Of a stretch of DNA of 64,000 nucleotides, positions 33,389-45,499 are shown piece by piece. The translations under genes and the position numbers were made by a program. This DNA is from Oikopleura dioica (taxonomy: Eukaryota > Animalia > Chordata): assembly GCA_907165135.1 (NCBI GenBank), contig OU015570.1, positions 558,001-622,000 of the forward strand. The letters run 5' to 3'. The stretch's first letter is position 1. Every line of letters starts with the position of its first letter. The notes under the pieces were generated by a model, which was not told where the DNA came from, searched no databases, and was given only the letters and a program-made list of their open reading frames with translations.

Positions 33389-36300
33389 GCATCTGCATGA
33401 GCTGTTGACTCCCAGCATGAGCCGTGATCGTATGCAGATATTGAATAAATTCATCAGCAAGAGAACTTGGCAGAACGAGCCGATCATTTGAGTAGAGCAC
33501 ATTGTCTTTGAGCTTGAATTGTTTCAAAGAATTGTTGATTTCGAACTTGACAATGAGATTTTTCGTCTTTGAGCAGGATCGTTGAGCGAGAGCCATTTCT
33601 TTTGAAGTGAACGAACGATTTTCAAAAGAAAATAGTACATCATCTTGAGCGAGAGAGTGGACTGCAAATATCGTCTCAGCGATATCAAAGAAATCTTTTG
33701 CTTCATCCTCCAAGTCGGAGCTTTTTGATCTTGGAAGGCGTGAGAAGTAGTCAGCTGAAGCCATTTCCGGACTAGTTTCACTTTTATGAATGATGTTGAA
33801 GTTGAACCCGAGGAGATAATTGTAAACATTGCTTAATTTTATGTCGAGCTTTGACTGTCGAGCTTCTCGGAACAAGTAGAGCAGTGATTTATGATCGACG
33901 TACGCATCAAATTCGGTGTTGAGCAAATAATATTCGAAGAACTGAATACCCCAACAGAGCGCAAATAATTCTTTGATACGCATCGGCCGTTTCAGATCGG
34001 GCCCTTGAAGTTGTTTACTGAAGTACCCAAGTGCAGCGAGCGAGCCATTTTGAATTTGATAAAGGGTTCCACCGACCGCGAATCCTGAGGAATCTGTCAC
34101 AAGGACGAGCTTTGATCCAAGTTTGAAGTGAGCTAGGGTCGGTTCCTTCAGAAGTTTGTGTTTGATCGTTTCGAATGCCTTTTGATGCGTCTCAGTCCAT
34201 TGGTAATCTACCTAAGCGGAGGTGAGTCTGTAGAGCGGAGCAAGGATCTCACTTTCTTTTTCAATATATTTTATATTGAAGTTGATCATTCCAAGGTATC
34301 TCTTGAGTTCGGCTTTTGTCTCAGGTGGATTCATCTTCTCGATCGCTTCGATATGTTTCTTGAGTGGCTTAATTCCAGAGGCAGTCACACGATGTCCAAG
34401 AAAGTCGATCTCATTACTTGCGAGCTGGCACTTTTTCGCACTAATTATGAGCCCATAATCCAAACACGTTTTGAAGACAAACTCGAGCGACTTGAGATGT
34501 TCTTCCCAGCTGGAGTCAATGATGACGAGATCATCAATGTAGAGCGTGATTGATGGGTGGTTCATAAGCGTCATCATGATGCGACTAAATGCAGCAGGTG
34601 CATTGCAAGAGCCATAGAGCATTCTGTTTGCTTGGAAGTGTTCGTTGTTGTATGAGAAGGCCATTTTGTGAGCATCACTTTCATTGATCAGGACTTGCCA
34701 ATAGCCTCGGAAAAAGTCTACTGAGCTGATGAAGCATTCTTTTCCTTCACTTAGGCGTTTGCCGATCCTTGTGAAGACTGTTTGCATGTGCGGAAGTGGG
34801 AAGCGATCTTTGATGAGAAGTGAATTGATTCCTCGAGCGTCGAGACTGATTCGAATTGTTTGATCAGGTTTTCGAAGGAGGATCAAAGGAATGTTGTGAG
34901 CGGATTGGGTTTTCTGAATAACTTTGAGCTGTTTCCATTTCGTCATCGCTTCATCGACTTGATCTTGAGAGTGAATTGGTATTGGTCTTGGAGGCTGGTG
35001 GGAAGTTTTGGATTCATCGTAGAGCGGAAGAGTGTAACGAAATCCAAACAGTCGTCCAAGATCGTCCGAGTCCATTGAGAAGCTAAGCCGATATTTGTAA
35101 ACAAGTTCATCCAATTGAGCCTTTTGAACATTGTTTGCTGACCCGTATGATCCGTTGCTGACCCGTTTGAAATTGATCCTTTCGGCGGCTTGTGAACGTC
35201 TATGGAGGAACTGATCGTATTCCTCCTTTTGAGAGCCAGATTTTCTATCCACCTCTATAATTCCTGTGAGAAGCAGATCTGAGGAATTTGGATTGATAGT
35301 GGGGATAAATTTTCCTAGGAGAGTTATCGAGCTTTCTCCAATCGTTACTTGCTTGAGCGTATCCATGCCAAGAATGATCGGGCACGAAAGGTTTTGAACA
35401 ATGAGCGGGTTGAGTTTGATCTTGAGTGGCGATCCATTTCTTATCAGATTTGCTTCGATCGTGGAGCTGAGCGTACTGACTTGAACGATTTCTGAATTCG
35501 CACACTTGAGCCTTATATTCGAGGGTGTTTGTTTGTTGACGTGAGCTGGAAGTAGGTCGATTACATCGGAGCGGAAACATGTTCGACTACATCCGGTGTC
35601 AATAAGAGCGGGAAAGGTTAGTCCGTGGAGCGTGATCTTGACATATTTGAGCGAGGTCGGTGCAAAATGAGCATATTTACACGTTTCGGTGACCTTTGAT
35701 AGTCATTCCTCGTTTTTGATCAATTTTTACGTGAGCGGGAACATCATCGGAGTGGATGTATTTGCACTTTGATCCAAATTTACACGATCCCCTTTTGACA
35801 AAGCTGATGCAGAATCCGTCGATCTTCGAAGTGTCGATTCTGTTTCTCTTCCGCTTTGGCTCTTTTGGCTTTGGCTGATCCTTTTTGACTGCTGAAGACA
35901 CAATTTCTTTCAATTTTGAGCAGAGCATTGAAACTTCTGAGCTTTGTGTCGGTGAGGATTCCTCTGCAGTGAATATATTTTCTTTCTTGAAGAACGATCT
36001 TTCAAGTTCAGTGCTGCGCTGAGCGATGTTTTTGAGAGTCAGCAGCGATTTTTCCCTTCTGAGCAACTCACATAATCGCGGTTCTTGAGCGTTGATGAAC
36101 CTTTCGCAAATTATGCTTTCGTCGGCTGGATCAAGGGTTTCTTTGCCGTATCCTTTCTTGAAGAAGGCGATGAGTAGGGTCCGTACACAAAAATTCTAAC
36201 TTTTTTGTTTCAAAAGCAAATCCTTTGAGAGTTTCAGGGGTAATTTATATGCCCTTGAGGATTGTAAAAACATAAATTTCCAAAAAAAAGAAAAAAGGGT

Positions 36301-37570
36301 TGATGAGATAATCGCATAAATAGGCTGAAAAAACTATTGCATAAGACTTTCAAAAGAATTAACTACATAAGTACATTTTTAGATAGCTATTTTTATTTTA
36401 ATCTTCAAGAAAAAAGTTTGAACACCGTCTGCAACATGCTCATTTTAAGAGAAGAAGATCAAAATTCTGCCTTCTTGCGCTGCGCTTGGCGCGCGGTGAG
36501 TCACTTTCCATATTTGGAAGTCGTAGGGTGGCCGCAGCGCAACGACACAATCAGAAAAATTTCAATTTTCATAGAAATATAAATTCTAATAAAAATAAAG
36601 TTTTTTTGAGAAATAAGAAACAAAAGATAAATAAAATATTAAGAAAAAAAGATAAAAAAAAAATTTTTCTTTCAAAATTTAAAATTAAAAATAATGGGCC
36701 GTCTCAGCCCCATTCCTTGATTTTTAAATTTAAGGGGCTTGACAAAGGCCTGGAACTCTGAGTTGATCAATCTCAGTTTTGTCCCCAACCCCACCCACAC
36801 CCATTGTTTTTAAAATTCAAATTATCCCTGTTTTTATTTAAATTATGGTTTTTATCATAGATTATGAAAATAGTTTTTTTTTAATTTTCAATTAGTTCAA
36901 TTCCTGGCTCGAAAAAATCTTCCTAGAGCATATCTGACGGTTCTTTCGGTACACTCAGGCTTATTTAAAAAATTTGAAAAAATCTATTCTACCTTTCACC
37001 CTGGGTTTTGCGTGCTCACCCCGTATCATGCGCTCCCCTGCGTGACCGCGCGCCGCGCGCTGCATTCAAAATATCGGCAAAATTTACAGTTTTTTGTAAA
37101 TTTCGGACAGATGCATGCTCTGTTCAAACTTTTTAAAAAGGATTTGAAATGAGCTTGTCCCGCCGGTTATCCCAGTAAGATCAATTTTTCTGAACTCGGA
37201 ATGCAACCTGGTGAACACAAAAATCACCATTTTTAACCCTTTATATTTTCTCATCCCTTTTATTTTAGAGAAAGTCAAAAAAGCAAAAATCCTTATTTGA
37301 GCTATCTCTAAAACACATTTAAAAATAAAAAGGATTGGATAAGTATTTCGGGTACTTAATTTTTGTGTACGGACCCTAGCGATGAGCTTTGTGAGCGCCA
37401 TGAATTGTGATTCACTCCCACGTTGGAAGTTGTTGTACTGAAATTTGTAATGTTCGGCATCCTTTCCAAGGATGAGAGTGAGTTTGTTTTTGAAAAGATC
37501 CCAGCTTTTGAGCTCATCTGCTGAGATCGCTTCGATCAGTGCGCTTCCGGTCTCTTTAGTCAGTCTCTGA
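33389..37570 (-). mobile_element. LTR-less Gypsy gag-pol: gag (37570-35700, split by a MITE), protease, RT, RNase H, start of integrase
   Basis: ALIDTGCS; VDFFRGYWQ, YGSCNAPAAF, YIDD; TDSS..KELFAL..DHKSL..ADYFSR. One TAG at 34212. Confidence 0.93.
36175..37378. mobile_element. hAT-type MITE nested in gag
   Basis: 21-bp TIR TAGGGTCCGTACACAAAAATT and 8-bp TSD GCGATGAG; removal restores gag ...LTKLIAFFKKG.... Confidence 0.92.
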
Positions 37571-38127
37571 TATGAGTCATATGATATGACAAGGGATTAA
37601 TTTTTTTTAATCGAGGAAGAGCTTTTTCATCAACAATGACAAAATCGCAGAAGCTTAGAATAATCTTCCTTCAAAATTGACTCCTGAGAATGTCTTCCTC
37701 TTCAGCCAATCAGAGCGCGCTTCCTCAATTTTCATATAATGATAAATAATGGATAATATTCAAATGGACAGCACATAAAAACCTTGAATTTTTTAAGATT
37801 TTTTCTTGCAGATATGTGAATTTTCGGGCTGAATTTATCAAAATTTGGAAAAGAGAAGTTTGTGCAGCCATTATTAGTATAAAAAACCGAGAGAAATCGG
37901 CGATTCCGACACTGAATAAGAATATTGGCACTATCATTTTTTTGCCGTATTCGAGTCCCTTAAATCCCATAAGAATTTTTCTTAATACTTTAAGATTTTC
38001 GCTTTTGAAAAATTAGGTCCTCCGATCATGCCGGACCCTAGGCCAACCTTGCCGGTGGAGAACTGACAACTCTAGAAACCTGTCATGCTCGAGTAGAACG
38101 AAAGAAATTCGCGAAACATAAATCATA

Positions 38128-38331
38128 CCGCGATTGGCATTTCTGACTGACTGATTCTGAAAATAGCTTATCAACCAATCAAAATTTGACTCTGGTCTCC
38201 TTTATATGAAAATCCAGTCAAACCAGTCGACCAATCAGGAGCCATTACAAATCTGCTTTGTTTTAGCATGGAGAATTGTAACGGCTCATACACTGACTGG
38301 AAAATCAGTCAGTCAGATATGCCAACCGCGG
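38128..38331. mobile_element. Small MITE with internal CCAAT motifs
   Basis: ccgcgattggcatttctgactgactgatt is inverted with aatcagtcagtcagatatgccaaccgcgg; TA flanks. Confidence 0.65.
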
Positions 38332-38849
38332 TATATATAAATGTTGCCTCTGTTCACATCTCAATGCGATTCTCTCAGCTGTCTATCTGTTCTTTTCTTT
38401 CTCTTTTACCCCACCCCCGGAAGAGATGGGTATCATTTTCCCTCTATTGCACCTGATAATTATCGATTTCTCCCTATTGCACCCTCTGGGTGACCCTGGG
38501 GCGGAAGAATGTTGGGATCAGTCTATGAGACGGACGCAATGTACTCTCGTCCTGGGCCACCACCCTTGATCTATTTTATGATCTTCTTGATAAGTTGCGC
38601 TACCTCCAACTCTTGACTAAGATTCGGAAATAAATACCAAATTATAATAAACTAGAGAGTTGGTGTGTTGATCCAAAAGGGGTCGTCAAAGACGATCTCA
38701 TCATGTAAGCCCGATCATGGATTCATCTGCTCAATTGATTAACATCAAGTTGTTCAAAGACGGTTCTGCTCGCCGATAGAGCCGTCTGCTCAATTCCGTC
38801 AAAAACGTTAAATTAATTTCATAATAAACGTTTGAGCGGGTTTTTGGTT

Positions 38850-39330
38850 CGACAGTGATCAACTGTATGTTTCATTTCCTTCAGAACATGAAAAGGAATA
38901 TTCATAAATATTTCGGAAAGGAGTTTTTCAAGTGCACATTTTTGAATAAGCTTTTTCGTTTTCTGAAGGGATTGATTTTTATTAACCCTGACTACCGATG
39001 AAAATATGTATGTTAAAACTGCGCTTTCTCAGTTTCGCAAGTTGATTCCAAAGTTTCCGAAGGAATTGCAGCCATAAGTCCGCAAATATTTAACTGAATA
39101 TTTTGAAGCGCTTTATTTGAAGCGTTCGGACTTTTCTGGCTGGAATCTCTTTGGATAATTTTCAACTTACGAGACGACTTTCACAAATAACTGTATTGAA
39201 TCTTACTATAAAACCTTGAAAACCAACTCAGGGTCTGGTAGGAATACAATTCAGCGACTTTGTGTGACGGTAAAGAAAACAAAGGGTCACATTCGACTGG
39301 CAGAAATCAACGGTGAATACAATTCCCGTG
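38850..39330 (+). pseudogene. Mutator (MULE) transposase remnant
   Basis: CMFHFLQ (CxxH motif) and FTNNCIESYYKTLK (catalytic E motif) in broken frames. Confidence 0.7.
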
Positions 39331-41136
39331 ATAAAGTCGCTATTGCCAAGCATGTGAATCTCCAAGGTTTTCATTACCAACTCACTCTTCTTGAACCTGA
39401 CTTTGTTAAACTCCATTCTCTTGAGATTGCTCTCAAACTTGGAGATATTATGACTCCATTGACTGCTAAAAACAAAAATACCACTGTACCTTCTCCTCTT
39501 TCGAACTGCCATCCAACTAAAAAATATGAAAATAAAATACAAACAAAAATCGAGTGTCAAATTTGAGTTCCTTGCATATTTTTACCCTAGGATAGGTTTT
39601 ATGATAAAAGAAAACAAAAGTTTATTTTTAGGTCTAGAAAATATTCGCCACTTTTCAATTTCACATGGGGCTACGATGCTTCATTTGCAAGTGTCTTGTC
39701 TCCTTCCGCGTTACTTGCGAGTGCCTCAGCTGATCGACCTTGCGCCTCTCGCGCGCCTGTTTTCGAACTCGCTCTAGGCTTGGCCTGGAAAACGTCTCTT
39801 TATCCCAACTTACTTTCCGCTTTATATAATCAATTTCTGATCTCAAAAAAATTTTTATGCGAATTAAGTGATGTTTAACTAATGATGACCTTCAAAAACG
39901 GACTGCTCCTTTGTAAGATATTCAACTCTTTATCTTTCTTTTTATTCTAAAATAAAAATCTTTACACTTCCGGGAAGATGTTTGTGCAAATCACCAGGTT
40001 TTATTTGCATGGAATCTCGGACAGTAGGTCAGAGATTTACCCGCCGAGAAATTGGTACGCGCTAATGCTTTTGGGCTTCCCGCCCAGCCAGTGGGCCCAA
40101 GCGCGCAAAGCATAAGCCCCTCACTTTCTTGTCCGTCACTTTTGCTGCTCCACCGCAGTGGGTTTCTAATAGGAAAGAGCCTTCTGAGTGAGACGGTTCA
40201 AATCACCATGCAGCTTCCTTTTTATTATGTACGTGTTTCTCAATGTACATAAGTTGGGTTTGAAAATGAAGTTTATTGTTATCGCGGGCAGGATAAAAAT
40301 AGTGAACGTTGTTTTGTAAAAGGAGCAATTTTACATTGTGAGCAGATTTTCAAGTGAGTATCGAGCTGTGAAGCAGAGCGACTTATATACGATTTCTGTG
40401 CGTACGGACAGAGCTTTGTCCGTACGGAAGTTTGACAGTTGCGTGAGGATAAAGAGAGTTTTGTAGGAAGAATGCATATTTACGTGCGTAAAGAAGTATG
40501 TGCACAGGGAGAAAGGGCTTAACGTAGGGAGCAAGCGTTGTTTGTTACGGGCGTAGATAGTGACGTCCGCGCGCAGAGAAGTCTGTCCGTGCGCAGGGAA
40601 GTCTGTCCGGGCGGAGGAGTTTGTTTGCGCAGGAGTTACTATGAACTCCATGCGCAGCGCGTATTGCACATTGAGATCCACTATATATTCTTCCCCCTTT
40701 TAAAAAGAGCCTTGTTTATCCAAGTTTCTTCCAAAGTTAAACGATTTCTCATTTGTCTGATCGTTGCTGCTTGTCATCTTCTTACTTTTAGTATTTGGTT
40801 CCTGTATCTGTTGCACTTTTGCTTCTTGTCAATCATCTCGTGAGCAGTGCCACAAACAACTTCCAAGTGAGCGAGCAGTTATCACTTCTATTTTCATTTT
40901 TCCTGTGTTGAGATACCGTATTCTCTATTGTGAGCGAGCAGTTGTCACGAGGTATCTTCATAATTATTCGATTTCATGAGCATGTAAATCGCAAAAACTA
41001 CGAAACCTAGAAAAATTTGAATTTCATATTCGAGAAGCCTGAATCTTGAAACCTATCTTTTCATTCATAAGTCAGGAAAAAAATTTTTGGGTGACCCGCT
41101 GGTGATTTGCGTTCGATCCCTATCCGGGTCCATTAA

Positions 41137-42441
41137 CCCTATGCGTGACGCGGGTACACTCAGTGCACCCGCTCAAGGTTTTCTGTGCATTTCTCTCTCA
41201 ATTTACGCCCGAAATCGAAAATTTGAAAAGAATAAAAATCTACGTCAGTAAAAACGCCTACTTCGTTACTTTAAGAAAAATATTTTATAGTAAGCTTGAA
41301 ACGTTAAAAATGTCGATATTTTGCTATTTTTCGTCTCGAGAACAGCTATTACGATGCAAGTTACGTAAATTCCAGCCCCTTTTACTGCCGTAGAAGGGGG
41401 TATTCGGATGTCGGGCGCGTAGGGTCTGCCAGACCCGGGGTCTGCATTGACGATCAAAATTTTGGCTCCTTTGGCCCGTTTTGATTTAGAATTGTTAAAA
41501 GATGAAGTTTTCTCATAGATCAGGCGCGGAGCGCACCAAAGCGCCTGTTTAATGTAAAATTCTGATACATTTTTTCATGTGCAGACCAGCGGTCTGCATT
41601 TTGCAGACCCGGGGTCTGCATGAAGACCCTACTCGGAGAGAGGCGATTTTCTGGAAGTTAGATTTTCTGGAAATTAGATTTTCTGGAAAAGGCGATTTTC
41701 TGCAATTCCAGAAAATCTAATATTCCAGAAAGTCTTACTTCCAGAAAGTCGCCCCTTTCTAATTGAAATGTAAATTGAAAATCGAGAAGCAAAAATGTCA
41801 ATTTATAGCTTTAAAAGTCTTTCATTATCAGTGATAATTTATCACTTTAAAATGAACGTCGAAACATTATCTGCGGAAGTATACTATTGCCAATAGTCTA
41901 TTGGCCCGGGTCTCATACCCGGGATACCTCCTCAGAAGTGACGCCCGGGTGCAAAATCCAGGATTCCTCTAACCTTAAGGTAACCTAAAGCCGGCCAGGG
42001 TGCACCATCTATGGAACAGGGGTCAAAGAACTAGGTCTCTTACCGAAGTGATTTTGAGTTTCGAAAAACGGAAGAAACTGTAGGGCTAATTATCGATTAG
42101 CTACCCTTAGGTTACCTTTCGACTACCCTTGGTTAGGGTAAGGGTTCGGAAATATGCTTATTTTGAGAATTGCTGCATGCACCATGTATGTTGCATTGCT
42201 ACGATTACGCCGACACCACTGATGGCGCTTTTGGACGGTGAGCAGTATTTTTCCGAAAAATTGGTCGAATAGTCTCCCTCTTCGAATTGGAGGACTACAT
42301 CCACCTACATCCGGGTATTCCGGTCTCTGAGACAATGACAACAGCGAATTTAGGCTATTTTTCATCGAAAACTGGCAAAAAGAGAAGAAAATTGTTCTTG
42401 ATGGGCCGGGTGCACTGCATGCACCCGCGTCACGCATAGGG
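41137..42441. mobile_element. piggyBac-like non-autonomous element
   Basis: TTAA|CCCTATGCGTGACGCGGGT ... ACCCGCGTCACGCATAGGG|TTAA. Confidence 0.85.
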
Positions 42442-43236
42442 TTAAAAAGAAAAAAACTAAAACGAGAAAAACAGATAAAGATAACAGTTTTTTGTTATTG
42501 ATTCTTTTAAGTCTGAATGTCTCCTGATTTTAAACAAAATTGTCGTTTAAAGCCCTTTATCTAAAAGCCCCTTTGTTAAAACCACTGTATGCTTAAATTT
42601 CCTTTTAAGTTTCGCAATTCAAAATTTTGTCGATCATTTCTGGATGATTATGATTCTGATAGCTTTCATGAAAAGAAACAATTTATGTTATCACTCAAAA
42701 ATCTAGATAAGATAAAGAAATGCTATCCTATTTTTGAATGTTATTATGTTCTTTTTAATGGACTTTTCAAGGTTTAAAAGACTTATTCTAACTATTCCCG
42801 AACGGCGACGGTGACGTTATTGCGGTAAACTCCTGCAGAACTCAGTATATTGCACGATACAGTTATTTTCCGGGCTACCCGGACTATGTCGCGAATGTCG
42901 CGAATGTCGCAATTTTGAAAAAACAATTGTTCTAGAAAAATAACAAAATTGCCAAATTATCGAAAAAGTCATTTTTGTCGAGAAAATATGCTGGAACTTC
43001 GTAAAAACGAGAAATATTGAAACGGTCATAGTCAGTGCCCGCTCCGCGGGTTTACTGGTAGGAAACTCCTTGATTTGGCAGGTTACACATCTGTTATCAC
43101 GCCCCTACTGTTCCGAGGGATTCGGAAAATTCTCATTTTCTAGAGTGTTTTTGTTTTCAATTTTGTTATTTTTTGCTGCGACATTCGAGACATTCGCGAC
43201 ATTTGCGACATTCGCGACATTCACGACATAGTCCGG

Positions 43237-43471
43237 GAGTCCCTTTTTTCCTCTTTCGTGGACATTTTTTGTCCCAAATTTTCATAAAAATGTCCACGAA
43301 AGTGGGCAAGAGTCTTCAAAAAATGTCCTGCCGAAGAGATTTTCCTCATAAATTTTCTCGACTGGACAAATGTCCATAAAAGTGGAACATTATCCTTGCA
43401 AATATGACCCAAAAACTCCTAAAAATAAAGAAAACGTCCAAAAATAGGGGTCCACAAAAGAGGAAAAACTG
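43237..43471. mobile_element. Short copy of the CCTCTTTTGTGGAC MITE family
   Basis: Ends match the 55858-56255 copy; left end degenerate. Confidence 0.6.
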
Positions 43472-43582
43472 TATTGGTAATTCGCATAACTTATGGCCCA
43501 GCAAATTGAGGCCCCATTTTCGAAACATTATCGAAATTTATCATCCTCAAAGAATCCAACTATACCGTATATAGTCTATACG

Positions 43583-44248
43583 TAGGGCCGACGAGCAAAA
43601 ATTCAACCCCAAGAACCCTTTGTGGTAAAGCCTTGAAACTTTAGGACAATATGTATTTTGGCCCATCTTAAAAATTTGTAATTGAAATTTTTGGTATGAT
43701 CACGTGATCACGTGATATGGACCCTCGAAAAGCTAGAAAAGCTTGCCAACCTCGATCCCCTGACCGGAGGTGATCATAATGTAGCTCACATGAAAGAGCA
43801 CAAAAGTCCTTCCTAAAGAGTCCAAAACATTTTTGGTGGCGAGATCACATGACTCGCTAGAGGGAAGTGAAGCGTCCAAAATGGCCCTTTTGCAAAGTAT
43901 ATTGGCCTGAGTAACCCGTGAAATCTGGATTTTTACCTCTATTTTAGCGAGTTTCGAGTCCTTATATAGCTTCTAGCGTGTCCTGTAAAGACGGCACCAA
44001 GAATTTTTTGAGGAAACCACTAGAACAAACCAAGACCTTTCTTTTGGCCTAACGAGAAGATGATGCCATAAGGGGATCAAGCTCGGCAAGCTTTTCTAGC
44101 TTTTCGAGGGTCTGTAACCCGTGATCACGTGGTCAGACCAAAAATTTTCAATAACAGTTTTTAGTTGGGCCCAAATACATATTGTCCTAAAGTTTCAAGG
44201 CTTTACCACAAAGGGTTCTTGGGGTTGAATTTTTGCTCGTCGGCCCTA
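43583..44248. mobile_element. Fold-back hAT-type MITE
   Basis: TAGGGCCGACGAGC... long inverted arms; 8-bp TSD TCTATACG. Confidence 0.9.
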
Positions 44249-44256
44249 TCTATACG

Positions 44257-45365
44257 TAGGCATAACGTACAAAAAAATCAACTTTTTCCCTGTAAGAGAT
44301 ATTAATTTGAAACTTTGGGAGCAACAAAAGTACCCAAAATGACTTTTCAAAATTTTTTGGAAAAATAATTTTGGTACATTTTAGTACTTTTTTCATCCCT
44401 TTTCTCGCTACTTTTTGAGCAATCTAAGCTACGGGGTTGTTAGTGTGCTCATTCGAAAAAATAGTAAAAACAAAGATCTCATTTCGAAAAAAAGCCAATG
44501 CGATCGGCAAGTGAAGTAACCGGCGTTGAAGAAGCGTAAAAATGCGTGCTTGCAGAATAAAAGGCGCCGTCTCAAAGACTTAATTTAGAGAAAAGGATTT
44601 TTAATTTTCTGTTCTTCAAATTTGTGAATTTTTGAACTACAGTGACCTTGAATGACCTCAATTTGAACTTTCATGTGACTAGATAATAAATGTCCACTTT
44701 TTAACGTGGAACGCATAAATTTTACGTTAGTCATGATTTTTCCGAAAAGTTCAAAAAATATAAATTGAACTTTTATGACCTTGAATGACCCCAAGATGAA
44801 CTTTTTAAAAATTTTCGATCATGTGATCGGAATCCTCGACATTTTTATGTTAAACCAATAAGTTTCAGCTAAATACAGTATTTTTTCAAAAATCAAATTT
44901 TTGAACTTTGATGACCTCGAGTGACCCCAAGATGAACTTTTTCAAAATTTTTGATCACGTGATCGGAATCCTGGACATCTTTTATGCCAAACCTATAAGT
45001 TTCAAAAGGATCAAGTTATTTTTGAAAAAGGCCGATTTTTGAAATAAGTGATGACTCATCAGATTCCGAGTTTTTCATCCCTAGAATCCAGAGAACCCCC
45101 AATGCACCCCTTTTTATTGATGTTTCTTACTCAGTTTTTGCGCTATTTCAAATGAACATACTTACAACCCCGTAGCTTGGATTGCTCGAAAAATCAATTT
45201 TTTGACAACTTTGGGGTACTTAAAAGTACTAAATTTGAAAATTTTGAATTTTTTATTTGTAATGTTATCCGAGCACAAAAATCTATATCATATCTGAAAA
45301 TCAGCTTCCTGCGACTTTCAGATAAAAGTCGATTTTTGTGCGTTATGCGGCATAACTTATGCCTA
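44257..45365. mobile_element. Second probable hAT-type element abutting the first
   Basis: 9-bp TIR TAGGCATAA / TTATGCCTA; flanks TCTATACG and ACTATACG (7 of 8 match). Confidence 0.55.
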
Positions 45366-45499
45366 ACTATACGCCCCTTTTTTGTTATCTTCAAAATTTA
45401 ATTTGCTAAAAGAATGTTATCAATTCTTATGGATTGATAATGGCAATTTTCTATAGAATGCATATGCATATGTAATAGTTTTTGTTATTTCCGGAGGTT

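Larger units (their letters stand above)
25776..38040. mobile_element. 12.3-kb non-autonomous hAT-type element carrying host genes (Pack-hAT-like)
   Basis: TIR TAGGGTCCGGCATGAT / ATCATGCCGGACCCTA; perfect 8-bp TSD GGCCAACC at 25768-25775 and 38041-38048. Confidence 0.88.
24303..38703 (+). mobile_element. Small non-autonomous LTR element (about 1.9 kb once nested inserts are removed), TSD TGTA
   Basis: TG..CA LTRs 24303-24475 and 38510-38703 (4 substitutions plus a 21-bp indel seen), PBS 24477-24488, purine-rich tract before the 3' LTR, TGTA on both flanks. Confidence 0.88.

Noticed and set aside
26604-36801. Inverted hairpin copies at 26.6 and 36.7 kb as the termini of the gene-carrying element
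   Set aside because: The 36.7-kb copy lies inside its own MITE (36175-37378, TSD GCGATGAG). The real ends are at 25776 and 38040.
24303-38703. Host genes captured by retrotransposition of the LTR element
   Set aside because: ECHDC3 and PITRM1 are sense to the LTR transcript yet keep their introns, and the hAT TSD explains arrival as DNA.
39560-45400. Numerous 60-110 aa six-frame ORFs
   Set aside because: They fall in AT-rich or palindromic MITE sequence, show low-complexity F/K/I/L composition and have no motifs.
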